Of a stretch of 44,035 bases of DNA, positions 1 to 10,788 are shown piece by piece. The stretch comes from Octopus sinensis (Eukaryota): contig NW_021834938.1 in the NCBI RefSeq assembly GCF_006345805.1, forward strand, positions 1 to 44,035, written 5' to 3'. The first letter of the stretch is position 1; every line of letters begins with the position of its first letter. The notes under the pieces are model-generated. The model searched no databases. It was not told the DNA's origin and saw only the letters and a list, made by a program, of their open reading frames with translations. The position numbers and the translations under genes were made by a program.

Positions 1-149
1 GAGTCAACGATTTTTAAAATAATTTACTCATCATTTTGTTTCCCATTTTTAATGCATTTTTTTTTACTATTCTTTGGCTATAACTCTCTAAAAATGCTTA
101 TATAGTTATTTCCCTTACAAACCCGAGCAACGCCGGGCGATACTGCTAG
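1..149 (+). mobile_element. Non-autonomous Helitron, 3' end
   Basis: Subterminal GC hairpin cccgagcaacgccggg followed by terminal CTAG (146-149) then T. Same family as 6489-6887. Confidence 0.8.
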
Positions 150-730
150 TTTAGAAATAAATAACTATATAGTTTTCTCTTTCTCTTTTTTTTTAAATTA
201 TATTATTATTACTAGTATTGTTGTTAACATACATACATACAAGCATATGTAATGATAATATGGTGGATGTAAACATGAACAAAACAAGAATGGAACAACA
301 ACAACAACAAACATTACTGAACGTATATAAACAGAGATACAAATATTACAGGCATCCCCCCACCACCACACATTAAATAAAATAGACCGCCACATAGAGA
401 TATAAGCAGCGCAAATGAAGACATACAATAGAAATACAAAATGGCTGACTGTTAGTAAGGATTGACCACAAATAAGTGAGAAGAAACAAAGGACCACTGA
501 TGCGGTCACAGAGTGTGACGAAAGAACTCTGACCGAAATAAGTTTAAGATTAATGTAAAAAAATAAAAATAACACTGAAGCAAAGTACCACCAAATATAT
601 AGTGCGTGTGTTTTTATTGGCTAAACTGGCAAAATGACCATTCCGAAATATAACATATCTATTTCAACACACGACTTCACATAAAAAAGAATGTGCACAA
701 CAATATATAAACGTATATATATATAATATA

Positions 731-773
<43 letters not shown>

Positions 774-807
774 ATTAGAGGTTTGAGATGATGTACAGGT
801 ATTTAAT

Positions 808-1100
808 ATTAGAAGAAATGAGGTACTCAGAAATTCGGATGGTTTTATATTTACAGATATTTATTTGTATATACATGTTTTTATACATCATATAACTTAT
901 ATAATATACCATAAATCAGCGCTTTCGTCCATTCTGGTGGATTTTTCAAATTGAGTTCAATTTTGACAAATCCACCAGAATGGACGAAAGCGTTCACATA
1001 TGATATATGATTAAGTTATATGATGTTAAAAACATGTATATACAAATAAATATCTGTAAATATAACCATCCGAATTTCTGAGTACCTCATTTCTCCTAAT
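808..1100. repeat. ~290-bp near-perfect palindrome, probably inverted Penelope-like LTR remnants
   Basis: attagaagaaatgaggtactcag... is the reverse complement of ...ctgagtacctcatttctcctaat, with the centre at ~955. The Penelope assignment is inference. Confidence 0.85.
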
Positions 1101-1377
1101 TATATATATATACATACAGGCGGACCCCATGTTTACGAATCCATTCTTTCGTAAAGTGAAACATTCGTATAGTGGGGTATTATCGTCCATTAAGAAAACA
1201 ATGGATATACCTTTAATTGTTTCCCATTAAAGAAGTTGATACTTAAAATTTCTTAAATTGGAAAAAAAAAGAAAGAAAAAGGTCAAGATAAAAATAGCAA
1301 TATTGAAGAGTATAATTTCTTTTATTAAATCACAAACAACTGAATGAAAAAATAGAAAAACATTTAAAACAAAAAAA

Positions 1378-1479
1378 GGCGATCCTACGGTATACGTACC
1401 GGAAGTTGCTTTGTTTACATTTCTGAAGATAACTGAAACCCTTCTCTCCCCACCCCCTAACCTCCTATCATATATATAT

Positions 1480-1515
<36 letters not shown>

Positions 1516-1586
1516 ATCTATTAGTATTATATATATATATACGCACTTTCTTGAAATGTATCCAGTACTTATACCGAAGTTACGCC
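1378..1586. mobile_element. Short MITE with GG-terminal imperfect TIRs (second copy 8102-8328; one end at 20143-20192)
   Basis: ggcgatcctacggtatacgtaccgga at the left versus the reverse complement of the right end, ggcgtaacttcggtataagtactgga. Internal (TA)n; no clear TSD. Confidence 0.6.
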
Positions 1587-1879
1587 CCCCCAAAATTCAA
1601 CTCCTGAAATTTAATTCGTATCCATCGGGTCTGCTGTTACTGGGGCCTCTGAGCGAATGTCAGTTCCATTTGATGCGTTTCTTTTTGTTTTCGTGGTTGG
1701 TCCATTTTAGTTTTCGGTACTTTTTGCTTTCTCCTCTACCCACCCCCATTAAAAATTCCCATTTAAAACTGGGTTATCTCCCCACTTGAAAATTGAGTTC
1801 CTGTGCGACAAGAGCTTGGATGAAACGAGTTTGATCCTGTTGATTCAATACTTCAATTAGATTTCGGGTGCTTCCCTTG

Positions 1880-2526
1880 CGCTGTATGTCTCTGGTTACT
1901 TTTGGCCCAAACATAGACAGCTCTATTATGTTGTGATCCGAGACTAATGTCGGAGTCACTTTCACATCATGGATGAGATCCATATTCTTCATGAAGCAGA
2001 GAGGCAAAATGTTATTTGCCCTAGTTGGTCTGAGCACAGCTTGCTCCATGAATAGGGCATTGGTGAGGTTGAGCAGGGACTCCACCTGTGCTTGCTTGCA
2101 ATGAGTCATTCCTGAGAGCATGAGACCTTCGGGCCATTTGACGTTGGGATAGTTGACATCACCCATAAGTAATATGGTCACGTGGTGTTCCAGATTCATG
2201 AGGATTTCTTTAATTCTTGTGAGGCAATCTTCAAACTTACCTATGTGGTTTGGGGCATCCGATGGTCAATATGTATTGTGTTGTCTTATGTATACAGTTA
2301 GAGTGTCACATAATGAATTTGAGTATGAGAGTAAGACCTGGGGTGTGAGGTCATCTTGGATGTATACAGCAACTCCACTCTGGCTCCTTTCCTTTCTGTC
2401 TGTTCGCAGTATGGTATATTTTGGTCCGTGTACTTCTCCATCCTCTATATCAGGGCTGAGGTGGGTTTCTAAGAGTGATGTGCATAGGACTTGATTGCGT
2501 ACAGCAAGGTCTCTCAGGAAGAATTT
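1880..2526 (-). mobile_element. LINE ORF2 apurinic-endonuclease fragment (CR1/L2-like), degenerate
   Basis: Translation shows APE motifs ETHL, RTDR...GVAVY, MGD(V/F)N.P...W, PTR.NNIL.L and SDH. Interrupted by stops/frameshift. Confidence 0.85.
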
Positions 2527-2942
2527 GGATCTTTTCGGTTTGAACGGCAGTTTTTAAATGATTTCCCACGCAAAACTAACACTTTTAAACTTCGTAGACT
2601 GGTAAATGTGTTTATAAAACATCTTTTCTCTTGGCTTTATCGAGAAAATTCTATAATTTGTTAGACATTTGTTGTTGTTTTTCTTCAATTTCTGCAATTT
2701 CAACCAATCAATGACGTCTATTGAGGTGAAAACATCCTGTGCCGTATGAATATGTCCCTCGCTTAAGAAACAGATTTGGTTTATTTACATTGCTGAAGAA
2801 AAAAAAGATACCCTTCCCCCCACCCCTGACCATAACCCTAAAAGAGATTTAAATGCAATAGATCGATACTAGGGTCATAATTATGGGTGACAATTTCATA
2901 TGACACCGCTAGAAAAAACTGCCGTTCAAACCGAAAAGATCC
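2527..2942. mobile_element. MITE with ~29-bp TIRs and GG termini (Merlin-like)
   Basis: ggatcttttcggtttgaacggcagttttt ... aaaaaactgccgttcaaaccgaaaagatcc. The 8-bp TSD agaaattt is perfect in the second copy. Confidence 0.88.
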
Positions 2943-3377
2943 AGAAATTTTGCTCTAATTATGATGCGACAGGCTCCCAATAATTAGTCAAAATATTGGC
3001 GTGACGACTATGCAGTCGGTAGGGGAGGAGCCATCCTGTGTCTGTTCACTGTGGTGATCTTGCGCAGTGGTGGGCAAGGTTCCCTGTCTGCGCTTGGTAT
3101 GATTGTTATAAAATGTTATCAGATTTTAATAAGATGTTTAATTTTTTTCAGTTTTCTTGTTTATTAATATTTCCCTTATTTGTTTTTCTTTTATTTTTGT
3201 TTTATTGAGAGTTAAATAATTTTTAGTAAAGGGAGATAACCAAAAGTAGCGATTTTTCTCTATTAAACATGGGGAGATAACCTAATTTTTTTAAGGGAGA
3301 TAACCAAAAGTACCGAGTTTCTTTCGTTAAAAAATTATCTGAAGCTGTTTGTTGTTAAATATTTAATAAAGCCTTCT

Positions 3378-3718
3378 GTGGAGGCGCAATGGCCCAGTGG
3401 TTAGGGCAGTGGACTCGCGGTCTTAGGATCGCGGTTTCGATTCCCAGACCGGGCGTTGTGAGTGTTTATTGAGTGAAAACACCTAAAGCTGCACGAGGCT
3501 CTGGCAGGGGATGGTGGTGATCCCTGCTGTACTCTTTTGCCACAACTTTCACTCTTACTTCCTGTTTCAAAGGGCCGGCCTTGTCACTCCCTGTGTCACG
3601 CTGAATATCCCCGAGAACTACGTTAAGGGTACACGTGTCTGTGGAGTGCTCAGCCACTTACACGTTAATTTCACGAACAGGCTGTTCCATTGATTCGGAT
3701 CAACCGGAACCCTCGTCG
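3378..3718 (+). mobile_element. tRNA-derived SINE (family A), 3' end lost at the junction with the caspase
   Basis: A box tggcccagtgg and B-box-like gtttcgattccc. Colinear with the full copy at 15312-15683 up to cctcgtcg. Confidence 0.9.
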
Positions 3719-3721
3719 ACG

Positions 3722-4573
3722 GATGCTGAACGTGTGAATGTGAGTACAGAAGCTCAGTTCCATCAACCAACTAGGGAAGATTTAATGAAATGGTTCGAAA
3801 AATATGACATGAAACATAAAAAGCGAGGTGTTGCCAACATCTTCAACAATGAAAAGTTCAAAGACCCAAAAAAACGTCCAACTCTTTACGGCTCATCAAA
3901 AGACACAGAAGATTTTAAAGCATCATTATTAAATCTTGGATTTCGTGAAGATGACATCAAAGTTCATACAGATGAAAGTGCCGATGAGATACGCAGGGCT
4001 TTGAACGAGTTTGAGCAAGATAATCCTGATATTGAAGGTAATATTGACTGCTTTATTTGTGCCATTCTGAGCCATGGTAAGGAAAATGATATCATATATG
4101 GATACGAAGGTGAAGTTGAGCTGGACGAATTGCTTTCTTACCTGAGACCCGATCGCTGTCCATCTCTGATAGAAATACCTAAATTAATCTTTCTTCAAGC
4201 ATGTCGTGGAAGCAAGATTGATGTTGGAGTCGAAAGAAACGATGCCGAGGAAGAAGAATCTGGAAAAAAGCCCCCGAAAATTCCAATCATGGCAGATATG
4301 TTGGTTTTCCATTCGTCATCAAATAAATATCCGTCAATGAAGGATAAAGATACAGGTTCGTGGTTTATGCAAACTTTAAGTAGAATGTTGATGGAATACG
4401 GCGCAGAATATGAAATTATGAAACTGTTAGCTGCGGTCTGTAACCATGTTGCCTCCCTTGAATTGCAAATTTCCTTTAATTTGGAAGGTGAAAGTGTTAA
4501 TTCTGACTTTAAACAAATGCCTCAGATTATGACGACATTGCGCAAAGAACTAAAGTTTGAACCGAGGAGGTAA
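3722..4573 (+). CDS. Caspase-3/7-like (peptidase C14A) copy 1. Single exon; lacks the paralog's ATG and splice acceptor; first in-frame ATG at 3785; may be a pseudogene
   Basis: Open frame with Y.M.HKKRG.A.IFNN, ILSHG (catalytic His), PKLIFLQACRG (Cys at 4202-4204), ADML, GSWFMQ and KQMP...TTLRKEL.F. The 3635 start in the ORF track lies inside the SINE. Confidence 0.88.
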   Translation, partial: DAERVNVSTEAQFHQPTREDLMKWFEKYDMKHKKRGVANIFNNEKFKDPKKRPTLYGSSKDTEDFKASLLNLGFREDDIKVHTDESADEIRRALNEFEQDNPDIEGNIDCFICAILSHGKENDIIYGYEGEVELDELLSYLRPDRCPSLIEIPKLIFLQACRGSKIDVGVERNDAEEEESGKKPPKIPIMADMLVFHSSSNKYPSMKDKDTGSWFMQTLSRMLMEYGAEYEIMKLLAAVCNHVASLELQISFNLEGESVNSDFKQMPQIMTTLRKELKFEPRR

Positions 4574-5311
4574 AACATTTCAGATGTGAGATCCTTAAAG
4601 AGAATCGAAGCTTCTTACGGTGAGAATTTCTGATACATCTCCATATTATACGAAAAGAATATATTTTACAAACACATATTTTAGGAACTAATATATCTAC
4701 AAGGAAGTACACAGTTTTCACGCATAATACCTACAGTATATATTGATAAATAGATTAATATGAGGTTTTCAGCCAAAAAAAAATTCCTTATGTGATTACA
4801 AACTTGATTTGACTTAATAAATATCCACTAACATTTTAAGGTGCTTAACTAAAACTATTTCCTACCACAAATTTTACTAAGAACACCAGTGAATTATAGG
4901 TCCATTCTAAATTACAAAATAATCCTACATTCTGAAAATTGAACCAACATTCTTTTATATACAACTAAATATGAACAATATTAATATCTAGGCCATTTTA
5001 TTCATGTATTTTCCTATATCGCTGGATTCGTAACAGTTTCTCTGCCAAAGAGAAATTTTTTATCTTTCTTCTCTCACTGCATTAAACTATCTCAGCACCA
5101 TTGCGTTATATCTTTTTCAATTATTCCATTTTGTTTCTTTGTTACTATGGTGAATAATCTCCTGTTATCAACACAGAGTCTCTGAAATGACAACGAAATA
5201 ATAAAATGTATAAGCTTTTACGCTAGTTTTTAATTTATGAAAATATTTAAAGTGTGAAAGAAAGGTTGTGATATAATTTTGTTGTATGCGTAAAAAAATT
5301 TATGATAAACA

Positions 5312-5440
5312 GGCGAAGGTAAAGAACATGCACTTCCGATGTTTAGGGTCGGGTTTAGGGTTAGGGTTTTGGGCTCAGGTTTTGGGTTCGGGTTAGGGTT
5401 ACGATGAAAACGAGTGGTGTGCGCATTCTTTACTTCCGCC
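5312..5440. mobile_element. Mini-MITE with GG termini and internal TTAGGG-like repeats (second copy 13608-13736)
   Basis: Imperfect TIRs ggcgaaggtaaagaacatgcac / gtgcgcattctttacttccgcc; flanks gataaaca / gataaaat. Confidence 0.65.
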
Positions 5441-5461
5441 GATAAAATAATTAAATTTCTG

Positions 5462-5882
5462 GGCGATCTTTCGTCTCTAGTAGACCTTTCAGTCGATTTC
5501 CGTAAAAAAATATATTTTTTTTACATATGGGCTTGCGGGAACTTTTGAAGTAATATACATACATATACACATACACCGAGTAAAAAATTTCAGTTATCTC
5601 TTTCTTTCACACATTACTCTCTCTGTCTCTTCACACACACTAACAGAAGCACTTCACTTACACAACATACTGTCTGTCTCCCACACCCCATCAAACGCAC
5701 ACACACACATGTACATCAATGCTTGCCATGCACGGTAACTTCAAAAGAACTTCCCTCGTCATAAATGGCTTTCTCTTAGTCTCTTTCGCTCTCATTACTT
5801 CAAAAGTTCCCGCAAGCCCATATGTAAAAAAAAATAATTTACGGAAATCGACGGAAAGGTCTACTAGAGACGAAAGATTGCC
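5462..5882. mobile_element. Foldback MITE with ~90-bp TIRs and 8-bp TSD (Merlin-like)
   Basis: ggcgatctttcgtctctagtagaccttt...gaagtaat is inverted at the right end. TSD aatttctg is clear in the copy at 13758-14177. Confidence 0.88.
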
Positions 5883-6488
5883 AATTCTGATTGTTTGCGT
5901 GAATTATCGGCTGAAGTAGCCATTAAGCAAAATACACACGGATTGAGGAGGGTGTGAATACCACCATATGTCTATACTACGACTACTAGGAGCTGTATAT
6001 GACTCCTGATTTTGGGAGGTGACTGCTATTTCTAGCGTCGGAGGTCAACAGTTTACATAGATGAAGATGACGAGAACTGTTGAGATTTTTACGGAAAAAC
6101 TTTATGTTTTGTTGAGAGAGTTTGGATGTTATTGAAATGATATTAGGATAAATGTTGAGAACTTTTCAACGTTATTGAAATAGGATTCGTTTAGTTATTG
6201 CTCGTCGTTTTTTGTAGTGAATATTTCTACCTACTTCTCGGGAAAGTGAAACTATTTGTTCGGCAATTTCCGTATAAATGTAGTGAAGCCGAACAAACAC
6301 GGAAAGCAAGAAGGCGAGGCCGTGGTACAACCACTGTTTTATCAGACGCCCAGGAAAGGAAGGAAAGAGTATTTAAAGTTTCGAGCCAAGCCCTTCTTCA
6401 GAAATACAGGCAATTCCAGAGGAAAACGGAGGAAGAAAATCGGCAATGATACACACGTGGTGACATTGTGAAATGACCGATATATATA

Positions 6489-6887
6489 TCTTTATATATA
6501 AAAGGAATTGTGTGTCTGTCTCCTACGATTTAGATTCCTACCTACTCCCACATTTTGCGGTGGCAGTTTAACCAAAACCGGGTATCTTATAGTCGTGATT
6601 CATATCGAGCCCTTCTGGGTATTAGCGCGCGTCTACGCTGAGTCTAACGATTTTTAAAAAAGTTTACATCATTTTTTTTCCATTTTATTGCATTTTTTTT
6701 CGCTATTATATACGGGAAGTAACTCTCTAAAATGTCTACGATGAGTCAACGATTTTAAAAATAATTTACCATCATTTTTTTTCCATTTTTAATGCATTTT
6801 TTTGCTATTCTTTGGTTATAACTCTCTAAAAATGCTTATAGAGTTATTTCCCTTACAAATCCGAGCAAGGCCGGGCGATACTGCTAG
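6489..6887 (+). mobile_element. Non-autonomous Helitron, complete
   Basis: 5' TC after A, 3' hairpin plus CTAG before T, no TSD. Confidence 0.85.
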
Positions 6888-7461
6888 TATAGAAATAAAT
6901 AACTATATAAGTTTTTTTTCTCTTTTTTTAAATTTATTATTATTATTACTAGTATTGTTGTTATACATACATACATACATACAAGCATATGTAATGATAA
7001 TGATGGGTGGATGTAAACATGAACAAAACAAGAATGAACAACAACAACAACAACAACAAATACATGAACGTATATAACAGAAGATACAATATTACAGCCT
7101 CCCCCCACAACAACAACATTAAATAAACATAGACGCACATAGAGATATAAGCATGCGCAAATGAGACAACAATAGAAATACAAATGGCTGACGTTAGTAA
7201 GGAGAGACACAAATAAGTGAGAAGAAAACAAAGGACCACTGATGCGGTCACAGGAGTGTGACGAAAGAACTCTGGCCGAAATAAGATTAAGATTAATGTA
7301 AAAAAAATAAATACACTGAAGCAAAGTAACACCAAATATATAGTGCGTGTGTTTTTATTGGCTAAACTGGCAAATGACCATTCCGAAATATAACAATATC
7401 TATTTTCCAACACATCACTTCACATAAAAAAATCTGCACAACATTATATAAACGTATATAT

Positions 7462-7496
<35 letters not shown>

Positions 7497-7529
7497 TAGA
7501 AGGTTTGGAGATGATGTACAGGTATTTAA

Positions 7530-7828
7530 TATTAGAAGAAATGAGGTACTCAGAATTCGGATGGTTTTATATTTACAGATATTTATTTGTATATTACATG
7601 TTTTTATACATCATATAACTTATATACTATATCATAAATCAGCGCTTTCGTCCATTCTGGTGGATTTTTCAAATTGAGTTCAATTTGACAAATCCACCAG
7701 AATGGACGAAAGCGTTCACATATGATATATGATATAAGTTATATGATGTATAAAAACATGTAATATACAAATAAATATCTGTAAATATAAAACCATCCGA
7801 ATTTCTGAGTACCTCATTTCTCCTAATA
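7530..7828. repeat. Second copy of the ~300-bp palindrome
   Basis: Duplicate of 808-1100. Confidence 0.85.
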
Positions 7829-8231
7829 TATATATATATATACAGGCGGACCCCATGTTTACGAATCCATTCTTTCGTAAAGTGAAACATTCGTATAGTG
7901 GGGTATTATCGTCCATTAAAAAAAAAACAATGGATATACCTTTAATTGTTTCCCATTAAAGAAGTTGATACTTAAAATTTCTAAAATTGGAAAAAAAGAA
8001 AGAAAAAGGTCAAGATAAAAATGCAATATTGAAGAGTATAATTTCTTTTATTAAATCACAAACACTGAATGAAAAAATAGAAAACATTTAAAACAAAAAA
8101 AGGCGATCCTACGGTATACGTACCGGATTGCTTTGTTTACATTTCTGAAGATAACAGAAACCTTCTCTCCCACCCTAACCTCCCATATATATATATTATT
8201 TATATATATATAATATATATATATATAATAT

Positions 8232-8283
<52 letters not shown>

Positions 8284-8609
8284 AGCACTTTCTTGAAATG
8301 TATCCGGTACTTATACCGAAGTTACGCCCCCCAAAATTCAACTCCTGAAATTTGATTCGTATCCATCGGGTCTGCTGTTACTGGGGCCTCTTGAGCGAAT
8401 GTCAGTTCCATTTGATGCGTTTCTTTTTGTTTTCGTGGTTGGTCCATTTTAGTTTTCGGTACTTTTTGCTTATCTCACCCCCATTAAAAAATTGCCATTT
8501 AAAAACTGGGTTATCTCCCCACTTGAAAATTGAGTTTCTGTGGCGACAAGAGATTGGATGAAACGAGTTTGATCCTGTTGATTCAATACTTCAATTAGAT
8601 TTCGGGTGC

Positions 8610-9258
8610 TTCCCTTGCGCTGTATGTCTCTGGTTACTTTCGGCCCAAACATAGACAGCTCTATTATGTTGTGATCCGAGACTAATGTCGGAGTCACTTT
8701 CACATCATGAATGATGTCCATATTCTTCATGAAGCAGAGAGGCAAAATGTTATTCGCCCTAGTTGGTCTGAGCACAGCTTGCTCCATGAATAGGGCATTG
8801 GTGAGGTTGAGCAGGGACTCCACCTGTGCTTGCTTGCAATGAGTCAATCCTGAGAGCATGAGACCTTCGGGCCATTTGACGTTGGGAAAGTTGAAATCAC
8901 ACATAAGAAATATGGTCACATGGTGTTCAAGATTCATGAGGATTTCTTTAATTCTTGTGAGGCAATCTTCAAACTTACCTATGTGGTTTGGAGCATCCGA
9001 TGGTCAATATGTATTGTGTTGTCTTATGTATACAGTTAGAGTGTCACATAATGAATTTGAGTATGAGAGTAAGACCTGGGGTGTGAGGTCATCTTGGATG
9101 TATACAGCAACTCCACTCTGGCTCCTTTCCTTTCTGTCTGTTCGCAGTATGGCATATTTTGGTCCGTGTACTTCTCCATCCTCTATATCTGGGCTGAGGT
9201 GAGTTTCTAGGAGTGTTGTGCATAGGACTTGATTGCGTACAGCAAGGTCTCTCGGGAA
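8610..9258 (-). mobile_element. LINE endonuclease fragment, duplicate copy
   Basis: Same motifs as 1880-2526 (CDFNFP..W, PTR, SDH). Confidence 0.85.
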
Positions 9259-9266
9259 AGAAATTT

Positions 9267-9682
9267 GGATCTTTTCGGTTTGAACGGCAGTTTTTTAAAA
9301 TGATTTCCACGCAACTAAACACTTTTAAACTTCGTATACTGGTAGAATGTGTTTATAAAACATCTTTTTCTCTTGGCTTTATCGAGAAAATTCTATAATT
9401 TGTTAGATATTTGTTGTTGTTTTTCTTCAATTTCTGCAATTTCAACCAATCAATGACGTCTATTGAGGTGAAAACATTCTGTGCCGTATGAATATGTCCC
9501 TCGTTTAAGAAACAGATTTGGTTTATTTCCATTTGTGAACAAAAAAAGATACCTTCCCCCCACCCCTAACCCTAACCCTAAAAGAGATTTAAATGCAATA
9601 GATCGATACTAGGGTCATAATTATGGGTGACAATTTCATATGACACCGCTAGAAAAAACTGCCGTTCAAACCGAAAAGATCC
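9267..9682. mobile_element. MITE with 29-bp TIRs and 8-bp TSD
   Basis: TSD agaaattt at 9259-9266 and 9683-9690. Confidence 0.9.
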
Positions 9683-10120
9683 AGAAATTTTGCTCTAATT
9701 ATGATGCGACAGGCTCCCAATAATTAGTAAAAAATATTGGCGTGACGACTGTGCAGTCGGTAGGGGAGGCCATCCTGTGTCTGTTCACTGTGGTGATCTT
9801 GCGCAGTGGTGGGCAAGGTTCCTTGTCTGCGCTTGGTATGAATTGTTATAAAAATGTTATCAGATTTTAATAAGATGTTTAATTTTTTCAGTTTTCTTGT
9901 TTATTAATATTTCCATTATTTGTTTTCTTTTTTCTTTTTTTGCTTTATTGAGAGTTAAATAATTTTTAGTAAAGGGAGATAACCAAAAGTAGCAATATTT
10001 CTCGTAAAAAATGGGGAGATAACCCAATTTTTTAACGAAGATAACCCAAAAGTACCGAGTTTTTTTCGTTAAAAAAATTATCTGAAGCTGTTTGTTGTTA
10101 AATATTTAATAAAGCCTTCT

Positions 10121-10306
10121 GTGGAGGCGCAATGGCCCAGTGGTTAGGGCAGCGAACTCGTGGTCTTAGGATCGCGGTTTCGATTCCCAGACCGGGCGTT
10201 GTGAGTGTTTATTGAGCGAAAACACCTAAAGCTCCAAAAGGCTCTGGCAGGGGATGGTGGTGATCCCTGCTGTACTCTTTTGCCACAACTTTCACTCTTA
10301 CTTCCT
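10121..10306 (+). mobile_element. SINE family A, 3'-truncated at a rearrangement junction
   Basis: Same 5' flank (aataaagccttct) as 3378 and 15312; homology stops at cttacttcct. Confidence 0.88.
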
Positions 10307-10361
10307 CCGCAAGAATATAAATTGAATGATGAATAAAAATATAAAATTGAAAATACAACTT

Positions 10362-10468
10362 ATCAGAAGTTGGTGTGGCGAGCAGGGGACATATTAAGAA
10401 CGGTCAATGACGATATAAATAGGGCTTCCAATCTTTCCACATGGAAGTGATTCCATGGTTTAAAACCA
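10362..10468 (+). mobile_element. Degenerate Penelope-like reverse transcriptase fragment
   Basis: Frameshifted translation SEVGVASR/DILRTVNDDINRASNL/..EVIPWFK resembles, from recall, the SE.G..S..IL..IN..I....L.QW....VI.WFK segment of Penelope-type RTs. Confidence 0.45.
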
Positions 10469-10547
10469 AGCAGGGTAGACGCAGGGCAAGGTGTACTCAT
10501 CTCCCTCTCTTTCTCTCGATCACCCTACATGTGTGTGTGTGTGTAAA

Positions 10548-10775
10548 AGGCGGCGAGCTGGCAGAAACGTTAGCACGCCGGGCGAAATGCTTAGCGGTAT
10601 TTCGGCTGCCGTTACGTTCTGAGTTCAAATTCCGCCGAGGTCGACTTTGCCTTTCATCCTTTCGGGGTCGATAAATTAAGTACCAGTTACGCACTGGGGT
10701 CGACATAATCGACTTAATCCGTTTGTCTGTCATTGTTTGTCCCCTCTGTGTGTTAGCTCCTTGTGGGCAGTAAAG
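10548..10775 (+). mobile_element. tRNA-derived SINE with Nin-like central domain (family C)
   Basis: ggcggcgagctggcagaa head, B box gagttcaaattcc, central gcctttcatcctttcggggtcgataaattaagtaccag. Confidence 0.8.
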
Positions 10776-10788
10776 AAATATATATATA

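Larger units (their letters stand above)
1716..3314. mobile_element. GGTAC-terminal DNA element with nested LINE fragment and MITE (second copy 8458-10056)
   Basis: Left end ggtactttttgct(t/a)tctc with ggttatctcccc; right end ggagataaccaaaagtacc with subterminal ggagataacc repeats. Flanks tagttttc / gagtttct look like a degenerate 8-bp TSD. Confidence 0.55.
1..6614. repeat. Tandem segmental duplication, unit 1 (caspase-containing; begins before the window)
   Basis: 1-3560 aligns with ~6744-10305 and 3719-6614 aligns with ~12021-14926 at high identity, with the same order of Helitron, palindrome, MITEs, LINE fragment, SINE, caspase and 3' flank. Confidence 0.93.

Noticed and set aside
198-575. 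Hydrophobic membrane-like ORFs (also 6884-7413)
   Set aside because: Low-complexity AC-rich repeat; frames are not conserved between the duplicated units.
1117-1180. pogo/Tigger-like terminus (tacaggcggacccc...); also tacagggtggcccaaaa at ~19128
   Set aside because: No matching opposite end could be confidently paired, so it was not called as an element.
3378-3455. tRNA gene
   Set aside because: The tRNA-like head continues into a SINE body with TSDs in other copies, so it is not a standalone tRNA.
3635-3721. N-terminal extension of caspase copy 1 from the ORF track
   Set aside because: It uses a GTG start inside SINE sequence and is not a credible eukaryotic start without transcript evidence.
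5342-5400. Interstitial telomere or chromosome fusion site
   Set aside because: Only a few degenerate TTAGGG units, enclosed within MITE TIRs.
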